From Methanotrichaceae archaeon (lineage in GTDB: Archaea; Halobacteriota; Methanosarcinia; Methanotrichales; Methanotrichaceae): 64,000 nucleotides of DNA. The position numbers and the translations under genes were made by a program. The first letter of the stretch is position 1, and every line of letters starts with the position of its first letter. This document shows, piece after piece, positions 23,396-32,581 of the stretch. Under the pieces are notes generated by a model. That model was not told the DNA's origin. It ran no database searches and saw nothing but the letters and a program-made list of their open reading frames with translations. The stretch spans positions 1 to 64,000 of the forward strand of contig CAVVKN010000005.1 in the NCBI GenBank assembly GCA_963748825.1, given 5' to 3'.

Positions 23396-24151
23396 TTTCC
23401 TCCCACTCCATTCAATTTAATGAATGAGTTGTATAAGAATCCTTTGGCTGTAATAATTTTAAAACTGAGTTAACTATATGACTGATAAGATATATACAGT
23501 TCATTGTTATCGTTTTTGCTTTTTAGCTATTAAAACGCCATTCTATTTCTTTTTAAAGAATTATAACTTTGCTTAATATGTAATGAATAATTACTCAAAT
23601 ATTTGACACCATGCTGAGGATTGATGGACAATCGGTTGCATAGCATGCATAAGTAGTTCCAAACTAATATCAAACCTGTCATCGCGACTTTAGACTTAAG
23701 CCTCATAACCTTTCCCAAGAATCCTTGTACTTCCGATCAAAGCCGTACCTGCCAATCATATTCATTTCCCAATACCAAATCGATATCTGCATAGAAGCTG
23801 CCTTTAATATATCCAAAATGTAGACAAATCTGCTATTCATATTATTGTTAGTAATCGTAATATCTATTTAAAGTTTTCGAAAGATGCTGATATATCGTTG
23901 CCAATATTTGAGAAATTATTGATTTTTATTATCTCAATTAGTAGGTAATTTGCAAAATCATCACAAACATCTTTATAATAGCTATTATTATGATGATTAT
24001 TTTTATTTCATAATTAGATTTAAATAATATAATTAAATTTAAATAGTAAAAAATACCATTATTAATTGGAGCCTACAGATATCTACGCCCAATTTCCCCT
24101 GAAGGCTCTCTATCCCTATCTATTTAGCAAGTCAAAATAAGATATGGCGAT

Positions 24152-25102
24152 CTAGATATAGACCGCCGTTCCTGGCTCCACATTGATTATCTTTTGGACA
24201 CCCCTTTGGAAGAACATGGTCTTAGGGTAGTTGAACTGACCATCATAGACTCTAATGTCATGGTTCTGATTGCCAACAACACTAAAGCTGAACCTTCCAT
24301 CCAGAGCATCTCCAATCATACCTTCAGTGCCGATTAATGTGCCATCCAAAAATACTTGATATCCGCGCATGCCTTGGGATACTATTGTAACAGGTGTGTC
24401 CCCATAAGTTGGAGATGGTGTTGTTATCGGAGGCAGAGTCTGAGTGGGAGGAACTTGCTGCGGGTACGATGGCGGATAATTGCTCGTAACATCGATGACT
24501 ATTGAATTGCTCACCTGATTGCCAATAACGAAAAGCAGTATGTGCTGTCCTATCGAATCTGCATAAAATTCTATTTGATTATATCCTGGATAGAAATTAA
24601 AAATATTCTTATACAACTTTCCGTCAGGATGTATCTCGTAGAGGTTACCATTTCCTCCAGTTGATGATGTCGCCATTAACGACAGGCTTGATCCTTGTGG
24701 AACCTTGGCGTACTGAGTCCAGCTTGAAGTGCCTTGTATCCACAGTGAATTGCCACCTGTGTATGTGGCATAAGTCTGGTATTGGGTATATGGCATTGCC
24801 TGCATTTGATAAGTGAAGTAAACTGTAGTAGGTATTTTGTCTTCTATTTCGCCTTTCTTCGGAGCTTCAATATGCTTCTTAGGAGTAGATCCTGTGTACA
24901 TCGAGTAGTACTGAGAATAGATGGGATCAGATGCGCTGGAAGACGATGGATTGCCTCCTACCCAAGGCTGACCAATACCATAATTAAACAGCATTTCTGC
25001 GGTAGCTTCTCCAGGTTGCGTCGCTACGCCATTTCCATCTAATGCTGAGACACATCCTATCAACGATATGATGAGGACAATCGATTTCCAAATTTTATTC
25101 AT
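24152..25102 (-). CDS. secreted protein with C-terminal PEGA-like domain
   Basis: Signal peptide, Pro/Thr linker, C-terminal ~80 aa shared with 25392-26126. Confidence 0.85.
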   Translation of the reverse strand: MNKIWKSIVLIISLIGCVSALDGNGVATQPGEATAEMLFNYGIGQPWVGGNPSSSSASDPIYSQYYSMYTGSTPKKHIEAPKKGEIEDKIPTTVYFTYQMQAMPYTQYQTYATYTGGNSLWIQGTSSWTQYAKVPQGSSLSLMATSSTGGNGNLYEIHPDGKLYKNIFNFYPGYNQIEFYADSIGQHILLFVIGNQVSNSIVIDVTSNYPPSYPQQVPPTQTLPPITTPSPTYGDTPVTIVSQGMRGYQVFLDGTLIGTEGMIGDALDGRFSFSVVGNQNHDIRVYDGQFNYPKTMFFQRGVQKIINVEPGTAVYI

Positions 25103-25391
25103 TTTCTTCCCCCATATACTATCTGACCAATAGAATTACTGCTATTTATTTCGCGCATCTTTTCCATAAAGATTCGCATAGAAGTTTTTCTTAGATCTTA
25201 TGAGTAGATATGTCGCACAAGAATAAAGCCTTATTCTTCATAAGAGTATCAAATTTGATTTTACAAAGCAAGTCTCCCTGATTCTCCAAGCCCAGAATCA
25301 ATAGTATCCTATTGGTAGCAGAATTCGCAAATATCACATAGAAAATATATTTCAATAAATTAAAAATATGCTTTTAAAATTAAATAGCGGT

Positions 25392-26126
25392 TTAGATATA
25401 GACCGCCGTTCCTGGTTCTACATTGATTATCTTTGTCCCACCCCGTTCGAAGAACATAGTCTTCGGATAGTTAAATTGACCATCGAAGACCCTGATATCG
25501 TGGTTCTGGTTGCCAACTACTCTGAAGCTGAAATTTCCGTCAAGCGGATCTCCACCAGTCCCTTCCGTGCCTATGTAATTGCCATCTAAGAATATCTGAT
25601 ACCCTCGCATGCCCTTAGAGACTATTGTTGCAGTAGAATCGCCTGTTGTTGCAGCGGGAGACTGAGCGGTTATATATGTAGGAGCAAGAGATTGAATAGG
25701 TGGATTTGTATAGCTAGATCCTTGATATACCCTAAAGGATGATTTTGTTTGTGCATAATCCATCGTTTCTGCCCAATTTTTTTGGAATGGCTCCCATGTC
25801 ATTCCAGCTAAAGAATTCAATCTAAAGTCGGAATACAGAGGCGATTGATAATACGGGTATATTCCATAGGGTCCAGGATATGTGCCGTTCCTATATTGAT
25901 AAGGATAAGCATAATCCCTGAAAAACTCTGCTCCAAAGTAGGGATAGTACGTCTGCTCCCATGTCTGGCGTTGGTTTGGGGAAAATATAGGATCTGTGAA
26001 GTATTGAGCTATATCACCACTATAAGGTCCGACGTATCCTCCACCAAGATAGTCCTGTCCCCATGCAATGCTAATCAGCAAGCATATGGACACTGTTATG
26101 AACGGCAAGAGTTTCCTATAAATCAT
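25392..26126 (-). CDS. secreted Tyr/Pro-rich protein with C-terminal PEGA-like domain
   Basis: Signal peptide; GMRGYQIFLDG...KIINVEPGTAVYI shared with its neighbour. Confidence 0.85.
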   Translation of the reverse strand: MIYRKLLPFITVSICLLISIAWGQDYLGGGYVGPYSGDIAQYFTDPIFSPNQRQTWEQTYYPYFGAEFFRDYAYPYQYRNGTYPGPYGIYPYYQSPLYSDFRLNSLAGMTWEPFQKNWAETMDYAQTKSSFRVYQGSSYTNPPIQSLAPTYITAQSPAATTGDSTATIVSKGMRGYQIFLDGNYIGTEGTGGDPLDGNFSFRVVGNQNHDIRVFDGQFNYPKTMFFERGGTKIINVEPGTAVYI

Positions 26127-26297
26127 ATAATTTCACAAAATGTCATTATCACTAATAGAATTTAACACTACCTATTCTTAATTTTTCACTCGAAAGATAC
26201 CCTCTTTTAATAATTGAATTATCTCGTTGCTTAAATCTGAAAAAAGCATACCTTCCCCTATGTATTTTTATAGAGGAATGTAGACTTTTTATGCATT

Positions 26298-26966
26298 ATG
26301 GCAGAACCAACAGTTGAATCGATATTTGGCATAAATGCTGGTGTCGTATGGCGAGCACTTAATCAAAATGGTCCAACCAACATTGGTGACCTTGTGAGAA
26401 TTACATCAATGAGCCGCGAAGAAATCTATGGTGCGGTAGGCTGGCTTGGTCGTGAAGGTAAGATTCTCGCGGAAAAGCGAGGACGAGCTATGGTATTCTC
26501 ATTACGAGAGGCAGAAGCACCTTTGGAAGCCTTTGAGCGCACAACCATAGGAGATTCTGTGCCACAAGAGCAAATGCTGCATAAGGCAAGCAGGCCACCA
26601 AAGAAGACCACAAAAGCCCGCAAGATCAAAGCCCCAACCTCAAATCTCGGAGCAGTAAAGAAGGCACTGGAATTCATCCTTTCCGAGTTAGAAGCAAACC
26701 GTGAACCCACGCCAACACAAGTATCGAAAGCAGTAGGCATGGACAGCAGACAGTTGGGAATAGCTCTTTCCAAACTGGACATCAAGTCTAAGTCCATCAA
26801 TAGTGGAGGCAAGAGCGCTAAAATCTATCCACTTGCCTTGAAGGCAAGGGTATGGGAGCTGGCGGCGCTTGATGCAGAGGGACTGCAAAAAATGTCAGAA
26901 GCGAAGTCCAGTGTTGTGGAGAATGAAAGGGAGCGTAATCGAGGGAATTATACGGTATTTGATTAA
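26298..26966 (+). CDS. DUF2582-like wHTH protein with a second putative HTH region
   Basis: G.NAG.VW.AL...AVGWLGREGKI motif. Confidence 0.8.
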   Translation: MAEPTVESIFGINAGVVWRALNQNGPTNIGDLVRITSMSREEIYGAVGWLGREGKILAEKRGRAMVFSLREAEAPLEAFERTTIGDSVPQEQMLHKASRPPKKTTKARKIKAPTSNLGAVKKALEFILSELEANREPTPTQVSKAVGMDSRQLGIALSKLDIKSKSINSGGKSAKIYPLALKARVWELAALDAEGLQKMSEAKSSVVENERERNRGNYTVFD

Positions 26967-28236
26967 TTTTTTTTCTAATCTACAGAAGGTTCCTCGCTAT
27001 TTCAAGTGGGTAGATTGAACTGCAATTTTCCAAGTCTAAGATATATAATTAGTATGAGATTCTTCGTTGTTCTGAACCCTCTTGCACTGCTCTTTGCAGA
27101 TTGAACCATGCTGTTTATTCCTTCAAGCACGCCGTTGGATATTTTGGTTTCAGCATAATTTATTATTTCGCTCCAATGTGACTTTATTGTTTTGGCAGCA
27201 TCAATAATAGGTTCTATTTGGCTGTGTGTTGCCCAATAATACCATTTTTTGAGGAAATCCTCCGCAAGGAGCTTATCATTAAATGTCCAAAAGTCTTTCA
27301 GACTAAGCTTGAAATTGTATGCTTTGGATGTCATCAAATTCATATCTTTGAGAGAGCCCAGCTTCTCTTTTTCAGCCAATGAAAGATCATTTGGATTCTT
27401 AAGCCACATATATCGAGTATTTTTTAATTCTGCATTGTGGTGCTGCTCCTCGCGACGTACTTTATCCACTGCCTCATTTACCATCTTCATAACGTGGAAT
27501 TTATCAAAAGTAAGAGACGATCCAGGAAACTGTTCCGCTATTCCTGATATGAATGCAGGAGAAATATCCGAACAGAACATCTCAATATTTTCCGATGCTC
27601 CATTATGATCCTCAAGGTCTTTTTTAAATGAGCTGATAACACTCGCATCTTTGCCCTCGCATACGTATAGAACTTTATTATTGTCGAAATCAACGAATAG
27701 CGACACATATTTATGAAATTATGCACATGAGGTTTCATCTACGCCTACTATTTTTACTTGAGAATGATCTTCTTTAGATCTAGATTCAGGAATATAATAC
27801 GACAATACCCTCCAGATCCTTGTATCATGCTCACCGATAATCTCAGCTACGGCACTAATTGACATATTCTGGGCAAAAAGAAGTATCAGTGCATCCATTA
27901 GCAATGTGAAACCTGTGCTCTTCCTAGCCCATGGAACATCAATCAATCTGATTGAACCACATTTCTCGCAAATTGTGCGTGGCACTCTGGCATGAATATA
28001 TGCCTTAAATTGGAAAAAATTAAGGTGCCGCCATACTTTTTCCTTTGTATCATGAATGCAGTTGTTTGGATTTTTGCAATTTAAACATTCAAATCTACTT
28101 CCTGGGATAAAATCGATATGAATATCCAGTTGCTTTTTAGCACTGCTGAATTCTATCGACTTGATATACCAAGGATCTTGAAGATTCAATGCAAGTTTCC
28201 CATGGAAAACCACATAAATCAAAAACAGGAGGCGAT

Positions 28237-29556
28237 CTATTCACCACCCCCGGATGGCCTATTATTGCCGGCTTTTGCCATAGAAATGGCTCCAAGCTCA
28301 CGCATAAGTGCATTCTTCCTACTGCCCTCCTTCAGATGATAAAAGGCATCCACAATTGCAGCGACCCTATCCGTTAAATGCTCTTCCTTAAATGAAGGTG
28401 CCTGGCAGGACTTATCCTGGCTCGATCTACTCTTCCTGCATTCATCTTCTTGATACAACTCCTGGTTTATAAGAAGATGATAAATGAGACAGATGAGTTT
28501 CCTAGCAACGGCGATGATCGCTACGTTACGCTCCTTCTTTTTAATCAATCTCTTGAAGAATCTGGACAGCGCCGTCTTATTCATATTTGATATGGTCTGG
28601 GCTGCTTGGACAAGTATAACTCTGATATGCTTGGAACCCTTCTTTGTAATTCCACATTTTTTCTTCTTGCCTGCAGATTCGTTTTCTCCAGGATTGAGGC
28701 CACACCATTTTGCGATCTGGTTCGGAGTCTTAAAATCTCGGTAGTTTCCAATCTCCGACAGTATGACCGATGCAGATGTGAATCCAATTCCTGGGATCGA
28801 CATGACTATGGCCAGATCTTTGCTCTTTTGCTGAACCTTTTTCAGGACCTCAAGGCTTAGCTTCTCCATTTTGGATTCGAGATTGTCAAGGATTTCCAGA
28901 GCATCTTTTAAGAGCATTCTGTTTGTATCATTCAGACCATTTTCGAGTGCTGATCTAATCAGGTCTTGCTTCTTCCTTATCTTTCCGGAGGGTATGCCTT
29001 TCAAGATCTCTTCGATGGGCTTCTCTTCAGCCAGACAGTCCAGGATGTATCTGCCGGACTTGCAGAAAATATCGTCCATGGTAGAACTGAGCTTAACGCC
29101 ACTTGATGATAGATATTTATGAATCCGATTCCGGAACTGAGTTCGTGTCTTGACATATCCGGACCTGGCTCGCGTCATCATCCTAAGGTCTCGGTCATCA
29201 TCGGTAAATACGCGATACCTTTTGATTTGACCGTTCAAGCAAAGGGTTGCGATTCGGTTTGAGTCTTTAGAGTCGGATTTGTCATTTGGAATGGTTTTTA
29301 TCTGCAACGGATTGGCTACAATTGTATCTATGGTTTTGCTCAGGGCATCATAAATCGGCATCCAATAGACGCCAGTAGCTTCAAATGCCACTTGTTCGCA
29401 TTTGTTGGCAACCAGCCAGTTTCGGAATCTCTTAAGCTCGGCTTTTGTTGTACCAAAATTCTCTCGAATTGGCAGCACATCATCGCCAGTTACTGTGGCA
29501 ACGATCAAATCTTTATGGACATCTGCTCCGCAAACTCTATCTCTTCGTCTTTTCAT
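28237..29556 (-). CDS. IS110-family DEDD recombinase/transposase
   Basis: GADVHK, FEATG, KSDSKD and KWCGLNPGENESAG motifs. Confidence 0.95.
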   Translation of the reverse strand: MKRRRDRVCGADVHKDLIVATVTGDDVLPIRENFGTTKAELKRFRNWLVANKCEQVAFEATGVYWMPIYDALSKTIDTIVANPLQIKTIPNDKSDSKDSNRIATLCLNGQIKRYRVFTDDDRDLRMMTRARSGYVKTRTQFRNRIHKYLSSSGVKLSSTMDDIFCKSGRYILDCLAEEKPIEEILKGIPSGKIRKKQDLIRSALENGLNDTNRMLLKDALEILDNLESKMEKLSLEVLKKVQQKSKDLAIVMSIPGIGFTSASVILSEIGNYRDFKTPNQIAKWCGLNPGENESAGKKKKCGITKKGSKHIRVILVQAAQTISNMNKTALSRFFKRLIKKKERNVAIIAVARKLICLIYHLLINQELYQEDECRKSRSSQDKSCQAPSFKEEHLTDRVAAIVDAFYHLKEGSRKNALMRELGAISMAKAGNNRPSGGGE

Positions 29557-29567
29557 ATGCGTTTCTG

Positions 29568-29716
29568 CCTGGTATGGGCAGATGATCTTTCCCTGATGTG
29601 GGATAATTTCCCATGCGCGTTCTAAGACGCAGTCCCGTATTCGGGGGGATCTTGGCCTGTTTCAATCACGGGATCAAGCGTCCCATAAACTTGCCGGCCT
29701 TCACTGCCCATATCCG
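29568..29716 (-). ncRNA. putative bridge RNA of IS110 #2
   Basis: Same scaffold as 7657-7801. Loop segments GCAAGTTT, GTGATTGAAAC and CATGGGAAA match its own flanks and right end. Confidence 0.82.
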
Positions 29717-30061
29717 GCTTAACGTGAACGGATAACAATATGTGGTTTTCCATCCGTCACGTGTGAGCCTCTGCCTGGGGCGCATGGTCGTTTGAATAGG
29801 TCTTCCTGCGAGAGAGTCACGGATAATAATTCAAGAAATGACATTATTAAACCTTACCCCAGGAAGTAAAAATCCTCCCGGATGCCAAACCAGCCTATCC
29901 GGGCTGGATGCCATCCTGCTTGCTGATTTCTTGATTCCTGTCCTCGGATTTCATTTAATAGTAACTTGAGGTTAGCCACCTGAAACAGCGAAGAGCCATA
30001 TCAATTTTGTAACGGCGAACATGGCAATAGCTCAAAATCGTTATCAGCAAAAATAAATTTA

Positions 30062-30146
30062 TGCGGGGAAAGGGATTCGAACCCTTGAACTCCTGCGAGA
30101 ATAGATCTTGAGTCTATCACCGTTGGCCTGGCTTGGTTATCCCCGC
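30062..30146 (-). tRNA. tRNA-Leu(CAA)
   Basis: GCGGGGA acceptor, anticodon arm ATAGA-CTCAAGA-TCTAT, long variable arm, GGTTCGAATCC. Confidence 0.96.
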
Positions 30147-30269
30147 ATTCGACCTGCCTTGGAGCAGATCGAGGATAATGCAAGCACCTCCGGGTTTATG
30201 AATCTTGCCATCCGCAGCGCCCTGCGCCCACGGGCCTCCGTCCGCCCGAAGCCCTAGCCAGCGAGTCGT

Positions 30270-30425
30270 TCACGCATCCACGTGATTTACGCAGACCCAG
30301 TGGTAGTACCCGTGAATGCCCGTGCCCGTGACCTCGTCAAACTCTTCCAGTTCCTGGCCGCAGATCTGGCATGTCTCGCCATCCGGCACCTCGATCTCAG
30401 CATCATTGCATAGTACAACTACCAT
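30270..30425 (-). CDS. 51-aa putative zinc-finger microprotein (not in ORF track)
   Basis: MVVVLCNDAEIEVPDGETCQICGQELEEFDEVTGTGIHGYYHWVCVNHVDA*; CxxC...HxxC, GC-rich third positions. Confidence 0.7.
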   Translation of the reverse strand: MVVVLCNDAEIEVPDGETCQICGQELEEFDEVTGTGIHGYYHWVCVNHVDA

Positions 30426-30479
30426 TCAAGTTCTCATAAGGGGCTGCAAGAGACATGAAGCTTTCGGGTAATTGAGGTA

Positions 30480-30725
30480 TAATTGCGCATCTCTCTGCCG
30501 TCTGCGGTTAGTATTCGTAGCTGACGATTTAACTGGGTCTACGGAATAAAACCACAGAGGCACAGAGGACGAACGAACGGAGACGCTATTACTGCTGATA
30601 ATAAGGTAGATTTCACGTCTCTGCGACTCTGCGTCTCTGCGGTTAGTATTCGGAGCGGACAAGCTCTGGGTTTACGGAATAAAACCACAGAGTCACAGAG
30701 CGCACGGAGGACGAACGAACGGAGA
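30480..30725. repeat. cluster of CACAGAG/CGCAGAG heptamer repeat units in both orientations
   Basis: Units at 30541 and 30674 (+) and CTCTGCG-type runs at ~30490 and ~30620. Confidence 0.75.
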
Positions 30726-31136
30726 TTACTTTTCTTTCGATCCGCTCTCAAACTCCTGGAACGTGCGCAGCGCCGAGGCCAGTATTTTTGTCTGGCCGAT
30801 GTTAGCAGCAATGAATAACGCATCCAGGATCTCGTCCTCGCTCGCCCCCGCGCGCGCTGCTGCGCTCATGTGCACCTTTAGGCACTTGTCTGCGCCACAG
30901 CTGGCCGCTGCGGCCACGGCCAGGAGCTCCGCGACCTTGGGCTCCAGGCTTTGGGGCCGCAGGGCATAGAAGTCCTTGAGGGCGGAGAAGATCATGAACT
31001 CTGGTCGGCGGGCCATGACCTGCAGGATAAAGGGCACGATGCCCAGCATCTTTTCGGTGTCGTCGAGGATGTCCTCCTGCAGGGAGGTGCTTTGCTCCAG
31101 GAGGGCTTTGATGAGGTCTTTGTTTTCGGGTTTCAT
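30726..31136 (-). CDS. carboxymuconolactone decarboxylase/AhpD-family protein
   Basis: LEPKVAELLAVAAA...C...CL..HM.AA..AGASEDEI. Confidence 0.88.
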   Translation of the reverse strand: MKPENKDLIKALLEQSTSLQEDILDDTEKMLGIVPFILQVMARRPEFMIFSALKDFYALRPQSLEPKVAELLAVAAAASCGADKCLKVHMSAAARAGASEDEILDALFIAANIGQTKILASALRTFQEFESGSKEK

Positions 31137-32581
31137 TTGTGTGGGTCATCTCCTTGCCATTGGGCGAGCTTTTTCCTGGCCTGGTCGGCGTAGGGGCTTT
31201 CGATCTGCTTGAAGATTTCATAGGCAGCCTTTGTGAATTCCATGGCTTTCTCCCGCTGGTCTTGATCATCAAATATCTCTCCTAAATTGCCCAGCCAGGT
31301 TCCTTCATTCCTTCTGTCCCCTATCTCACGGGCGATGGCCAGAGCCTGCTGATAGTACTCGATTGCCTTGCGGGGCTCCCCTAGGTCAGAGTATGCAAGG
31401 CCCAGGCAGCCCAGATGTACACCTTCATTCCTTCTGTCCCCTATCTCATGGGCGATGGCCAGAGCCTGCTGATAGTACTCGATTGCCTTGCGGGGCTCCC
31501 CTAGGTCAGAGTATGCAAGGCCCAGGTTGCCCAGATGTACACCTTCATTTCTTCTGTCCCCTATCTCACGGGCGATGGCCAGAGCCTGCTGATAGTACTC
31601 GATTGCCTTGCGGGTTTCCCTTAGGTTAGAGCATACAAGGCCCAGGTTGCCCAGATGTACTCCTTCATTCCTTCTGTCCCCTATCTCACGGGCGATGGCC
31701 AGAGCCCGCTCATAATATTCGATGGCCTCGCGTCGCTCTCCCATATAATAATAGGCATTGCCCAGATTACCCAGGCGGCTTCCTTCACTCCGCCTATCTC
31801 CGATCTCGCGGGAGATCTTCAGAGCTTGCTCATGGTACTCGATTGCCTTGCGAGGCTCGCCCTGATGAGAGTAGGCACCGCCCAGGTTGCCCAGAGCGAT
31901 CCCTTCGCCTCGCCGGTCGCCGATCTCACGGAAGATCTTCAGAGCCTGCTCGTGGAACTCGATGGATTTGCGGGGCTCGCTTAGCAGGAAATGAATTACG
32001 CCAAGCTCGATCAATATATTTGCTCGCTCTTTCTGATCACGGATCTTCTCTAGCAAATACTCATTAATCCTCTGGCGCCTCAGCAATTCCTCCTTGTTCT
32101 GATAGCTGAGGCTTAATGGTTCGGACAGCGCCTCCACAGCTTGAAAGGCTGCCCCCTGATCCTCACCTTTTAGTATGTGATATCCTCCTCTATACCTCCA
32201 AAAGTCGGGTGCTTGCCAGATCACATCATCCAGAGCTGCTGGAGTCATAAAGATCAGGCTCGGGACCCCGGCATCGTAAAAAAGCTCGCGAAAGTTGTTA
32301 AGAGCATCTAGAACATCTTGGGCAAGCGTTTCGGGAAGAATCCAAATTAGGATCTCTTTTTCCTTCGGCTTAATGCTCCGAAGGTCGGAGATGAGGCTGT
32401 CTCCTTTCTCCACCGGCAGGATTCTGGCGGGAAATCGTGCCTTTATAACATCTATTACCTTCTCTCGATAAGCTGGAGAGGCGACAGTGCAGAGAATAAG
32501 GTTTCTTTTTCCCTGAGAGATCTCCAGCTCCGTGAGCAAAAGATCGATCTCATCCAGATCCTCTAGGGAGATAGGCTCCAT
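31133..32581 (-). CDS. TPR-repeat protein with degenerate NTPase-like N-terminal domain
   Basis: About six 40-aa repeats (LGNLG.AY..LGE.RKAIEYY.QAL.IAREIGDRR.EG); N-terminal LNNFRE...APDFW motif; start MEPISL overlaps the upstream ATPase. Confidence 0.9.
   Translation of the reverse strand: MEPISLEDLDEIDLLLTELEISQGKRNLILCTVASPAYREKVIDVIKARFPARILPVEKGDSLISDLRSIKPKEKEILIWILPETLAQDVLDALNNFRELFYDAGVPSLIFMTPAALDDVIWQAPDFWRYRGGYHILKGEDQGAAFQAVEALSEPLSLSYQNKEELLRRQRINEYLLEKIRDQKERANILIELGVIHFLLSEPRKSIEFHEQALKIFREIGDRRGEGIALGNLGGAYSHQGEPRKAIEYHEQALKISREIGDRRSEGSRLGNLGNAYYYMGERREAIEYYERALAIAREIGDRRNEGVHLGNLGLVCSNLRETRKAIEYYQQALAIAREIGDRRNEGVHLGNLGLAYSDLGEPRKAIEYYQQALAIAHEIGDRRNEGVHLGCLGLAYSDLGEPRKAIEYYQQALAIAREIGDRRNEGTWLGNLGEIFDDQDQREKAMEFTKAAYEIFKQIESPYADQARKKLAQWQGDDPHK

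Larger units (their letters stand above)
28195..29793 (-). mobile_element. IS110-family insertion sequence #2 (core AAAC)
   Basis: GTTT at 28195-28198 and 29790-29793. Removing the element plus one core copy restores the ISL3 frame. A perfect 15-bp sub-terminal IR lies at 28202-28216/29739-29753. Confidence 0.92.
27002..29844 (-). pseudogene. ISL3 transposase, split by IS110 #2 and carrying a TAA at 27719-27721
   Basis: MSFLELLSVTLSQEDLFK (29844-29791) rejoins LALNLQDPW (from ~28195); GVDET, CSDIS, FDKFH and NGVLEGINS motifs; DETSCA*FHKYV in-frame stop. Confidence 0.9.
26988..29997 (-). mobile_element. ISL3-family element interrupted by IS110 #2
   Basis: IRs GGTTCCTCGCTATTTCA (26988) and TGAAACAGCGAAGAGCC (29981-29997). 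Confidence 0.88.

Noticed and set aside
27719-28222. ORF-track ISL3 ORF start MIYVVFHG and an apparent programmed frameshift
   Set aside because: That start lies inside the IS110 right end, and the two ISL3 ORFs are in the same frame separated by a TAA.
15680-30725. Heptamer repeats as a CRISPR array
   Set aside because: No regular repeat-spacer periodicity and no cas genes in the window.
31302-31710. TPR DNA repeats as a diversity-generating retroelement TR/VR pair
   Set aside because: The repeats are in-frame tandem units and no reverse transcriptase is present in the window.
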